Assembly: GCA_018267315.1 (NCBI GenBank)
Contig: JAFDYS010000037.1
Location: 6,107-70,106, forward strand
DNA from: Bacteroidota bacterium
GTDB taxonomy: Bacteria; Bacteroidota; Bacteroidia; Chitinophagales; UBA10324
Length of the DNA: 64,000 nt
Reading direction: 5' to 3'
Below the pieces are notes generated by a model, which saw only the letters and a list, made by a program, of their open reading frames with translations, searched no databases and was not told where the DNA came from. The position numbers and the translations under genes are program-made. Below, one piece after another: positions 48,356 through 56,009 of this stretch (its first letter is position 1; each line of letters begins with the position of its first letter).

Positions 48356-51300
48356 ATGGAGTTCGATTTCAGTAAAATTGAAGAGGAGGTAAAAAAATTC
48401 TGGGATCAGGAGAATGTGTACCGCGTGGAGCCTGATCCCTCCCTGCCGAAGTATTATGTGCTCGACATGTTTCCGTATCCATCCGGTGCGGGACTGCATG
48501 TCGGTCATCCGCTGGGCTATATCGCCAGCGACATCTATGCACGCTACAAACGGCTTAAAGGTTTCAACGTACTGCACCCGATGGGTTATGATTCTTTCGG
48601 CCTGCCGGCTGAGCAATATGCGATTCAAACAGGTCAGCATCCGAAGATCACCACTGACAAAAACATCGAAACATTCCGGGCGCAAATGGATAAGCTCGGT
48701 TTTTCTTTTGACTGGAGCCGCGAAGTGCGGACGAGTGATCCTGCCTTTTACAAATGGACGCAGTGGATCTTCATCCGGCTCTTCCATTCCTGGTACAATT
48801 GTAAGACGGATAGGGCCGAACCTATTGAATCACTCATTCTCGAATTCGCACAAAACGGAAATGCAGGCGTGGATGCCGTGAGCGATCAGGTTTCCACCTT
48901 TTCGGCCGAGGAGTGGAGCAATTTTTCAGCAAAGCAAAAAAGCGACATACTACTTAATTATCGTCTCGCTTATATCGCCGATTCATGGGTGAACTGGTGT
49001 CCGGCCCTCGGCACCGTGCTGGCCAATGATGAAGTGAAAGACGGCGTGAGCGAGCGCGGCGGATATCCGGTTGAACGGAAATTGATGAAGCAGTGGTCGC
49101 TCCGCATCACCGCATATGCTGAAAGATTATTACAAGGTCTTGAGAAAATTGACTGGAGCGATTCACTCAAGGAATCGCAGCGCAACTGGATCGGGAAGAG
49201 TGAAGGATGCAGTGTGAGGTTTGAGGTGAACGGTGAAGGTGGCACCCCTCTCCACAGGAGAGGGGATGGGGGTGAGGAAGACACCTTGAATGTTCGCAAG
49301 CCCGGTGGATATCTTACCGGTGAAAAGTCTCTGGGCTCCATACTGCGTGACAACGCCAGGGAAAACCGACAGGCACCCACTGAAGCAGAAGAAATGCTTT
49401 GGCAAAATATTCGAAACAGAAAACTGGAATACAAGTTTCGTAGGCAACATCCGGTTGCAAACTTTATCGCTGATTTTGTTTGCCTGCAGAAGAAGCTGAT
49501 TGTGGAACTGGATGGAAATGATCATAAGCAGAATAAAGAATATGATCATGAAAGAACACGGGAGCTCGAAAGACTGGGCTATAAGGTCATACGATTTTGG
49601 AATGATGAAGTATTAAAAAATTTGTCGGGTGTGCTCAGCAAGATCAGGGATGAGCTCAAAGCCCGGCCTGACCTCCTCACCCCTGACCCCTCTCCTGAGG
49701 AGAGGGGAATTGATCCCTCTTCTCCGGAAAAACTCTTCATTGAAGTCTTCACCACGCGCCCCGATACCATCTTCGGCGCCACCTTCATCACGCTGGCTCC
49801 GGAGCATGAACTCGTGGGGAAGATCACCACACCCGAATACAAAAAGCAGGTGGATGAATATGTTCACTATGCGAAGAACCGCAGCGAGCGCGACCGCATG
49901 GCTGACGTGAAAAAAGTGACCGGGCAATTTAGCGGCGCATATGTTGAACATCCTTTTTCAGGAAAACCGATACCCGTTTGGATCGGTGAATACGTGCTCG
50001 CAACGTACGGCACCGGCGCCGTGATGGGTGTACCGGGTCATGATGAACGTGATCACCGCTTTGCTTCACATTTCGGGTTGCCCATAGTTTCCATTTTGAA
50101 AGATGTGGACGTCACAGAAAAATCATTTGACGACAAGCAGGGCATTCTCGCCAACTCTGATTTTCTGAACGGGCTCGAAGTGAAAGACGCCATCAGCAAA
50201 ACCATTGATGAGATTGAGAAGAAAGGAATCGGTGCTGGCAAGGTGAACTACAAACTACGCGATGCCATTTTCGGCAGGCAGCGTTACTGGGGCGAACCTA
50301 TTCCTATCTATTATGATGAAGCCAGCATTCCAAACACGGTAGAAGAGAACGAACTGCCGGTGGTGCTTCCCGAGGTAGATAAGTATCTGCCCACCGAAAC
50401 CGGCGAGCCCCCGCTGGCACGTGCGAAAGACTGGAAGTACAAAGGAAAGTTTGACTATGAGCATACCACCATGCCCGGCTGGGCCGGCTCATCGTGGTAT
50501 TACATCCGCTACGGCGATCCGCACAATCAAAATGAATTCGCCTCGCAGAAGGCGATCAACTACTGGCAGAATGTGGATCTGTATGTGGGCGGTGATGAAC
50601 ATGCCACCGGTCACCTGCTCTACGTTCGCTTCTGGACCAAATTTCTTTTCGACCTCGGGCTTATTCCATTCGATGAGCCGGCGAAGAAATTGGTGAATCA
50701 GGGGAAGATACAGGGCAGGACCTTATTGATAAATGAGGAACTTGTACAAAACCCAAGGACCCAAGAAATAGTCTATCATGCTTTTTTATCTGACGGAATA
50801 AAAGGTAAGGTATCCCAATACAAACTTGATGGAAGCTTTTATACTCGGCAAACGCAATGGCCAATTCGTCCGCCATTAATATCCTATGTGGATAAGGATA
50901 GAGAAATTCTATATGAAGAGAATCTTAAGAAAGCAATTGAAGAAAATGGTGACATAGCATTCAAAAAGGAATCAGCGCAGAAAATTGAATGGCTGATAGA
51001 ATCTGAAACGAACAAGAAGTACATCAAACTATCATGGGCTCCTGATAAAATGTCCAAGCGCTATGGCAACGTCGTCAACCCTGATGATGTTGTAACGAAG
51101 TACGGTGCCGACTGCTTCCGCCTCTACGAAATGTTTCTCGGTCCCATTGAGCAACACAAACCGTGGGACACCAAAGGCATTGACGGCTGCTTCCGTTTTC
51201 TCAAAAAATTCTGGCGGCTTTTTAACAACGAGGAGGGCAAATGGCTGGTGAATGAGGAAGAGCCAACGAAAGAGGAACTGAAGATTCTGCACCGCACCAT

Positions 51301-51730
51301 CAAAAAGGTGGGAGAGGATATTGAATCCATGTCGTTCAACACCTGCGTGAGCGCTATGATGATTTGCGTGAATGAACTCTCGCAACTCGATTGCCACAAG
51401 CGAAAAACCCTGGAGCCCATGCTGCTCCTGCTCTCGCCATTCGCTCCTTTTATTTCAGAAAAACTCTGGCAACAACTGGGGCACAAGGAGAGCATTGTGA
51501 AAGCGAAATTTCCTCAGCACGATGAATCATTGCTGGTTGAAACCTCATTTGAATATCCTGTTGCCGTTAATGGCAAAACCCGGGTGAAGATGAATTTCGA
51601 TTTGAATCTCTCCAATGATCAGATCGAGAAAGAAGTGAACTCCGCCGAAGCCCTCCAGAAATACTTCGAAGGCAAAACTCCCAAGAAAGTTATTGTGGTG
51701 AAGGGAAGAATGATCAATGTGGTGGTTTGA
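48356..51730 (+). CDS. leuS: Leucine-tRNA ligase carrying an in-frame insertion of about 155 aa (DUF559 endonuclease domain)
   Basis: Class I motifs PYPSGAGLHVGHPLGY (HIGH) and DKMSKRYGN (KMSKS). Also WIGKSEG, TTRPDT, GTGAVMGVPGHDERD, RQRYWGEP. The 1124-aa ORF is uninterrupted, longer than my recollection of typical bacterial LeuRS lengths (roughly 860-950 aa). Confidence 0.93.
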   Translation: MEFDFSKIEEEVKKFWDQENVYRVEPDPSLPKYYVLDMFPYPSGAGLHVGHPLGYIASDIYARYKRLKGFNVLHPMGYDSFGLPAEQYAIQTGQHPKITTDKNIETFRAQMDKLGFSFDWSREVRTSDPAFYKWTQWIFIRLFHSWYNCKTDRAEPIESLILEFAQNGNAGVDAVSDQVSTFSAEEWSNFSAKQKSDILLNYRLAYIADSWVNWCPALGTVLANDEVKDGVSERGGYPVERKLMKQWSLRITAYAERLLQGLEKIDWSDSLKESQRNWIGKSEGCSVRFEVNGEGGTPLHRRGDGGEEDTLNVRKPGGYLTGEKSLGSILRDNARENRQAPTEAEEMLWQNIRNRKLEYKFRRQHPVANFIADFVCLQKKLIVELDGNDHKQNKEYDHERTRELERLGYKVIRFWNDEVLKNLSGVLSKIRDELKARPDLLTPDPSPEERGIDPSSPEKLFIEVFTTRPDTIFGATFITLAPEHELVGKITTPEYKKQVDEYVHYAKNRSERDRMADVKKVTGQFSGAYVEHPFSGKPIPVWIGEYVLATYGTGAVMGVPGHDERDHRFASHFGLPIVSILKDVDVTEKSFDDKQGILANSDFLNGLEVKDAISKTIDEIEKKGIGAGKVNYKLRDAIFGRQRYWGEPIPIYYDEASIPNTVEENELPVVLPEVDKYLPTETGEPPLARAKDWKYKGKFDYEHTTMPGWAGSSWYYIRYGDPHNQNEFASQKAINYWQNVDLYVGGDEHATGHLLYVRFWTKFLFDLGLIPFDEPAKKLVNQGKIQGRTLLINEELVQNPRTQEIVYHAFLSDGIKGKVSQYKLDGSFYTRQTQWPIRPPLISYVDKDREILYEENLKKAIEENGDIAFKKESAQKIEWLIESETNKKYIKLSWAPDKMSKRYGNVVNPDDVVTKYGADCFRLYEMFLGPIEQHKPWDTKGIDGCFRFLKKFWRLFNNEEGKWLVNEEEPTKEELKILHRTIKKVGEDIESMSFNTCVSAMMICVNELSQLDCHKRKTLEPMLLLLSPFAPFISEKLWQQLGHKESIVKAKFPQHDESLLVETSFEYPVAVNGKTRVKMNFDLNLSNDQIEKEVNSAEALQKYFEGKTPKKVIVVKGRMINVVV
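49245..49280. repeat. Left terminal inverted repeat of the leuS cassette (contains hairpin CCCCTCTCC-ACA-GGAGAGGGG)
   Basis: cccctctccacaggagaggggatgggggtgaggaag, translated as (T)PLHRRGDGGEE(D). Confidence 0.8.
49672..49707. repeat. Right terminal inverted repeat of the leuS cassette (contains hairpin CCCCTCTCC-TGA-GGAGAGGGG)
   Basis: cctcctcacccctgacccctctcctgaggagagggg. Its reverse complement is cccctctcctcaggagaggggtcaggggtgaggagg. Translated as LLTPDPSPEERG. Confidence 0.8.
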
Positions 51731-51751
51731 AATGATGGTTGCTTGTTTCTA

Positions 51752-51831
51752 GTTCTTGGTTCTTGGGTATTGCTGCCTGCAAAGCGATTTGCAGACTCAT
51801 CAAACCCTCAAACCTTCAAACTTTCAAACCC
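51752..51831. repeat. Two short tandem-repeat arrays flanking a GNRA-loop hairpin, downstream of leuS
   Basis: GTTCTTG x2 (51752..51766). Hairpin CTGCAAA-GCGA-TTTGCAG (51777..51794). Octamer TCAAACCC/TCAAACCT/TCAAACTT/TCAAACCC (51800..51831). Confidence 0.7.
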
Positions 51832-51841
51832 TATTAATCCC

Positions 51842-52357
51842 TTAAACTCTTTTTCTCATCACCCAATCCGTATCCACCTGTGTTCCCACAATGAATGGAT
51901 GCGTGCCGATTTGCTCGAATCCGAAACCGGTATAAAACTTCACCGCCTTGTGGTTGTTCTCCCAAACGCCGAGCACAATGGATTCCACCCTTTCTTCTTT
52001 CGCGACTTCGACAGCTTTTTCCATCAGCAATTTCCCCACTTTCTGATCCTGGAATTTCTTGTATACGTAAATCCGGCACAGCTCTATGCAACGATCGGTG
52101 ATCCAGTCTGCAAGGGTCTGCTTGCGGCTCAGTTTCATGAATCCGGCTAATTCGCCGTCAACAAAAGCGAGGAAGTTCATCACGTCCGGATCGAGCAGTT
52201 CCCGTCGGATGGCTTCTTCAGAATAGTTTTCCTTGAGGTACTGCTTCAGTATTTCCGGCGTGTAAAAAAAATCCCACGTCTGTTCAAAGGTGACGTAACT
52301 GATATGCGACAGGATGGCCGCATCATCTAAAGTGGCGCGTCGGAGGGTGGTAGTCAT
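51842..52357 (-). CDS. GNAT-family N-acetyltransferase
   Basis: IYVYKKFQDQKVGKLLMEKAVEVAKE is acetyl-CoA-binding motif A. The start is set at MTTTLRRATLDD; the ORF extends to 52438. Confidence 0.8.
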   Translation of the reverse strand: MTTTLRRATLDDAAILSHISYVTFEQTWDFFYTPEILKQYLKENYSEEAIRRELLDPDVMNFLAFVDGELAGFMKLSRKQTLADWITDRCIELCRIYVYKKFQDQKVGKLLMEKAVEVAKEERVESIVLGVWENNHKAVKFYTGFGFEQIGTHPFIVGTQVDTDWVMRKRV

Positions 52358-52468
52358 AGCGGGTGCAAAATAAAAGGTAAGAGAGGAAGACGAAAACTTC
52401 GATTCAACAGGAACGAACTTTCTTAACGCATTTTTCATTTGTGTTTTTTCATTCTACTTTGTCTGCCA

Positions 52469-53329
52469 ATGCATGAAGTGAAACTCATCGAATGTCCGCG
52501 TGATGCCATGCAAGGCATCAAAGGATTTATTCCCACGGAAAAGAAAGCCGAATACATCAATGCCTTGCTCGGTGTGGGTTTCGACACGATTGACTTCGGA
52601 AGTTTCGTTTCGCCCAAAGCCATTCCGCAGATGGCTGATACCGCGCTCGTGCTATCCAAACTTGACTGGTCACCTGAGAAATCAAAACTACTCGCCATTA
52701 TCGCCAACGTGCGCGGAGCAATGGAAGCGGCGATGTTTGAACCCATCACTTATCTGGGATTTCCGTTTTCTGTTTCTGAAACATTTCAGCAGCGCAACAC
52801 CAACTCATCCATTGCAGAATCACTGAAGCGCGTCGAGGAAATTCAAAATCTGTGTGTGAAATACGGCAAGCAGCTCGTCCTGTATATTTCTATGGGATTC
52901 GGAAACCCTTATGGCGATCCGTACAGCCCCGAGATTGTGATGAAGTGGGTGGAAAAAATGATTTCGATGAGCATCAGAGTCATTTCTCTGGCCGATACGA
53001 TTGGTGTGGCAGATCCCCAAATCATTTCCATGCTTTTCAGTCATCTCATTCCGGCTTATCCGCAAATTGAATTCGGCGCGCACCTCCACACCACACCCGA
53101 TACCTGGAAAGAAAAGATTGACGCTGCGTACACACATGGCTGCCGCCGCTTCGATGGAGCACTCAAAGGGTATGGGGGTTGCCCGATGGCCAAAGATGAA
53201 CTCACGGGCAACATGGCCACGGAAAATTTGCTTTCCTTTTTTCAGGAAAAGAAAATTGAATTGGAGTTGAATGAAGCGGCGCTCGGGCGATCAATGAAAA
53301 TCGCTGATGAGATTTTTATGAATGCATAA
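52469..53329 (+). CDS. Hydroxymethylglutaryl-CoA lyase
   Basis: ECPRDAMQG near the N-terminus, ADTIGVA, HLHTT, and the DGALKGYGGCP glycine-rich loop. The start is set at MHEVKLIE. Confidence 0.85.
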   Translation: MHEVKLIECPRDAMQGIKGFIPTEKKAEYINALLGVGFDTIDFGSFVSPKAIPQMADTALVLSKLDWSPEKSKLLAIIANVRGAMEAAMFEPITYLGFPFSVSETFQQRNTNSSIAESLKRVEEIQNLCVKYGKQLVLYISMGFGNPYGDPYSPEIVMKWVEKMISMSIRVISLADTIGVADPQIISMLFSHLIPAYPQIEFGAHLHTTPDTWKEKIDAAYTHGCRRFDGALKGYGGCPMAKDELTGNMATENLLSFFQEKKIELELNEAALGRSMKIADEIFMNA

Positions 53330-53345
53330 ATGATTTACTGAAGCG

Positions 53346-54005
53346 TTATTTGCGCTCCCCGAAAATCGCACTCCCGATGCGCACCATGTTGCTTCCTTCT
53401 TCAATGGCCAATTTGTAGTCGCTGCTCATACCCATCGAAAGCGTTTGCAGTTTAATGTTTGATCCCTGAAGCTGCCGGTATCGTTCAAAGAAATTCTTCA
53501 GCCCGCGGAATTCATTTCTGATTTGTTGCTCGTCCTCGGTGAGCGAAGCCATGCCCATCAGACCTGAAATAGTAATGCCGGTGAGGTCTTTCAATTCCGG
53601 ATTGCTGAATATCGCTTCCGCTTCTTCATAGCTCAGCCCGAATTTGGTTTCTTCCGTGGCAATATGAATCTGAAAGAGCACGTTCACGTTATGGTTTTTC
53701 TTATTCGCTTCCTTGTCAATTTCCTTCAGCAGTTTCCAGCTATCCACTGATTGAATCATAGAAACGAAGGGCACCACATACTTAACCTTGTTCGTCTGCA
53801 AATGCCCGATCAAATGCCATTGAATGTCTTTGGGCAGGGCTTCATATTTACTCACCAGTTCCTGCACCTTGTTCTCGCCGAAGATGCGATGCCCCTGGTT
53901 ATACACCGCAAGAATTTCAACCGGCGTTTTCGTTTTGCTCACGGCCAGTAGCGCTACGCCGTGTTCAGCGCAATATTTACTGATGTCCTGGTAACCGGAT
54001 TGCAT
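53346..54005 (-). CDS. yggS: YggS-family pyridoxal-phosphate homeostasis protein
   Basis: LLAVSKTKT carries the PLP lysine. WHLIGHLQTNK, LSMGMSSDY and VRIGSAIFG are also present. Confidence 0.88.
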   Translation of the reverse strand: MQSGYQDISKYCAEHGVALLAVSKTKTPVEILAVYNQGHRIFGENKVQELVSKYEALPKDIQWHLIGHLQTNKVKYVVPFVSMIQSVDSWKLLKEIDKEANKKNHNVNVLFQIHIATEETKFGLSYEEAEAIFSNPELKDLTGITISGLMGMASLTEDEQQIRNEFRGLKNFFERYRQLQGSNIKLQTLSMGMSSDYKLAIEEGSNMVRIGSAIFGERK

Positions 54006-54025
54006 GTGGCTGATTGAAATCGGAT

Positions 54026-54033
54026 AATTTTGT
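54026..54033 (+). promoter_or_regulatory. -7 promoter box (TAnnTTTG) only 6 nt upstream of the ATG
   Basis: TAATTTTG ends at 54033 and the ATG of the next gene is at 54040. This implies a leaderless or near-leaderless transcript if the box is used. Confidence 0.35.
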
Positions 54034-54039
54034 GATCAC

Positions 54040-54477
54040 ATGAATGGAATTCACCGGCGTCTCTTCATCATTTACATCCTGGTTCTCACCCTGGCTTCGT
54101 GTTCTCAACGCGAACAGGAGCCGTTACCTGCGGGTATTCTGAGCAAAGATAAGATGGTGGCGGTGCTGGTTGACATTCACCTGGCTGAAGCAGCGGCTGA
54201 TAACCGCAGTTTGAATGTGCAGCAGATGAATTCACTTATGGTGAATAAATATGAGGAGCTATTTAAGCAGCACGGGATTACCGGCAAAGCGTTTCTTGAT
54301 TCCTACAACTACTACCTGGAGCATGCCGCATTGCTCGCTGATATCTATGCCGAAGTGGTGAATCAGTTAACGACGCGCGAAAGTCGTGTGGGCCGAGGGC
54401 ATAAGGTTCCTGTGAGCATGAGTGATTCTTTGCGCAATGCAAAATCACTCCCTGTTGATTCCATTCCTAAAAATTGA
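54040..54477 (+). CDS. DUF4296-like lipoprotein
   Basis: Signal plus lipobox LTLASC. MVAVLVDIHLAEAA is typical of this small Bacteroidota family as I recall it. Confidence 0.6.
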   Translation: MNGIHRRLFIIYILVLTLASCSQREQEPLPAGILSKDKMVAVLVDIHLAEAAADNRSLNVQQMNSLMVNKYEELFKQHGITGKAFLDSYNYYLEHAALLADIYAEVVNQLTTRESRVGRGHKVPVSMSDSLRNAKSLPVDSIPKN

Positions 54478-54517
54478 AGGTCAAGCGTCATTAATTTCAC
54501 CCCGAAAACAATTTTCC

Positions 54518-55216
54518 ATGATTAATAAAACCGTTGCCAATGCCGATGAAGCGGTGAAGGATATTCCGGATGGAGCCACCGTTATGTTCGGCGGATTCGG
54601 ATTATGCGGCATTCCGGAAAACTGCATCGCTGCTTTGGTTCGGAAAGGAACCAGGGACATTACGGCCATTTCCAATAACTGCGGCGTGGATGATTTCGGG
54701 CTGGGGCTCATGCTGTCACGCAAGCTGATCCGTAAAATGATTTCAAGCTACGTAGGAGAAAATGCAGAGTTTGAACGGCAGATGCTCAGTGGTGAATTGG
54801 ATGTGGATTTGATTCCACAGGGCACGCTGGCCACACGCATTCAGATGGCGGGCATGGGCATTCCGGCATTCTTCACCCCGGCAGGTTTCGGAACAGAGAT
54901 TGCGGCAGGAAAAGAAGTTCATGAATTCAATGGTAAAATGTATTTGATGGAACTGGCGCTGCATGCGCCTTATGCGATAGTGAAAGCATGGAAAGGCGAT
55001 ACATTGGGAAATCTCATCTTCCGCAAAACCACGAGAAATTTTTCCATGCCCATGGCCAAAGCCGGCGATATCACGATTGCTGAAGTGGAGCATCTTGTTC
55101 AGCCCGGTGAACTCGATCCCGATCAGATTGATGTGGCAGGTGTTTATGTGAAGCGCATTTTTCAGGGAAGTGATTATGAGAAAAGAATCGAGCGGCGCAC
55201 GGTTCGTTTGAAATAA
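54518..55216 (+). CDS. scoA: 3-oxoacid CoA-transferase subunit A
   Basis: MFGGFGLCGIPE, PQGTLAERI-like PQGTLATRIQ, and AWKGD. The start is set at MINKTV; the ORF extends to 54422. Confidence 0.88.
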   Translation: MINKTVANADEAVKDIPDGATVMFGGFGLCGIPENCIAALVRKGTRDITAISNNCGVDDFGLGLMLSRKLIRKMISSYVGENAEFERQMLSGELDVDLIPQGTLATRIQMAGMGIPAFFTPAGFGTEIAAGKEVHEFNGKMYLMELALHAPYAIVKAWKGDTLGNLIFRKTTRNFSMPMAKAGDITIAEVEHLVQPGELDPDQIDVAGVYVKRIFQGSDYEKRIERRTVRLK

Positions 55217-55278
55217 TGAATGGTCAATAGTCAATTGATCGCAAGTTTTACGTCTTATATCATAAATCAATTTTACGA

Positions 55279-55938
55279 ATGGCACTGGACAAATTCGGAA
55301 TTGCAAAACGCATTGCTCAGGAATTGCGCGACGGCATGTATGTGAATCTCGGCATCGGCATTCCCACGCTCGTGTCAAACTACATCCCGGCCGGGATGGA
55401 TATCATCCTGCAGTCGGAGAACGGAATCCTGGGCATGGGTCCTTATCCCACGGAAGAAGAGATTGATGCCGACCTCATCAATGCCGGAAAAGAAACCGTG
55501 ACGGTAATTCCCGGCGCCAGCTTTTTTGATTCGGCGGAAAGTTTCGGAATGATCCGCGCGGGGAAAATTGATCTCACCGTATTGGGAGCCATGGAAGTTT
55601 CTGAAGAAGGCGACATCGCCAACTGGAAAATTCCGGGCAAGATGGTGAAAGGAATGGGCGGCGCGATGGACCTTGTCGCTTCGGCCAAGAACATCATTGT
55701 GGCCATGATGCATACCAACCCGAAAGGCGAATCGAAGCTGTTGCCTAAATGCACCTTGCCGCTTACCGGCGTAAAATGCGTGAAGCGCATTGTATCTGAT
55801 CTTGCCGTGCTTGATGTCACACTGGATGGATTTGTACTGGTTGAACGGGCACCCGGCGTTTCCGTGGATGAGATTAAATCAAAAACTGCCGGGCGGCTTG
55901 CAGTCAGGGGCGATGTTCCCGAGATGAAGATTGACTAA
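55279..55938 (+). CDS. scoB: 3-oxoacid CoA-transferase subunit B
   Basis: [19 protein letters not shown] (catalytic Glu) and GGAMDLV. Confidence 0.88.
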   Translation: MALDKFGIAKRIAQELRDGMYVNLGIGIPTLVSNYIPAGMDIILQSENGILGMGPYPTEEEIDADLINAGKETVTVIPGASFFDSAESFGMIRAGKIDLTVLGAMEVSEEGDIANWKIPGKMVKGMGGAMDLVASAKNIIVAMMHTNPKGESKLLPKCTLPLTGVKCVKRIVSDLAVLDVTLDGFVLVERAPGVSVDEIKSKTAGRLAVRGDVPEMKID

Positions 55939-55965
55939 CGTCATATTTCACTCGGGCAATCTTGC

Positions 55966-55973
55966 TAACTTTG
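55966..55973 (+). promoter_or_regulatory. -7 promoter box (TAnnTTTG)
   Basis: TAACTTTG lies 36 nt upstream of the hppD ATG. Confidence 0.4.
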
Positions 55974-56009
55974 AAGCAGTAATTCCGTTCAACAAATAAC
56001 TTCTTCGAT

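Larger units (their letters stand above)
49245..49707 (+). mobile_element. DUF559 (Vsr-like PD-(D/E)xK) endonuclease cassette with 36-bp imperfect terminal inverted repeats, inserted in frame in leuS
   Basis: The core translates to ...APTEAEEMLWQNIRNRKLEYKFRRQHPVANFIADFVCLQKKLIVELDGNDHKQNKEYDHERTRELERLGYKVIRFWNDEVLKNLSGVLSKI..., the DUF559 pattern. The flanking repeats match in 31 of 36 positions in inverted orientation. Confidence 0.75.

Noticed and set aside
49245-49707. Intein or group I/II intron as the explanation for the leuS insertion
   Set aside because: There is no Cys/Ser/Thr at the N-junction and no His-Asn plus Cys/Ser/Thr at the C-junction, and no Hint or LAGLIDADG/HNH blocks. 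The reading frame is open throughout, with no intron-like structured ends recognisable by eye. The domain is DUF559/Vsr-like instead.
51743-52150. ORF 51743..52150(+), 135 aa, starting MFLVLGSWVLLPAKRF
   Set aside because: Its 5' end is a translation of the tandem-repeat and hairpin region, and the rest is antisense to the well-supported GNAT gene.
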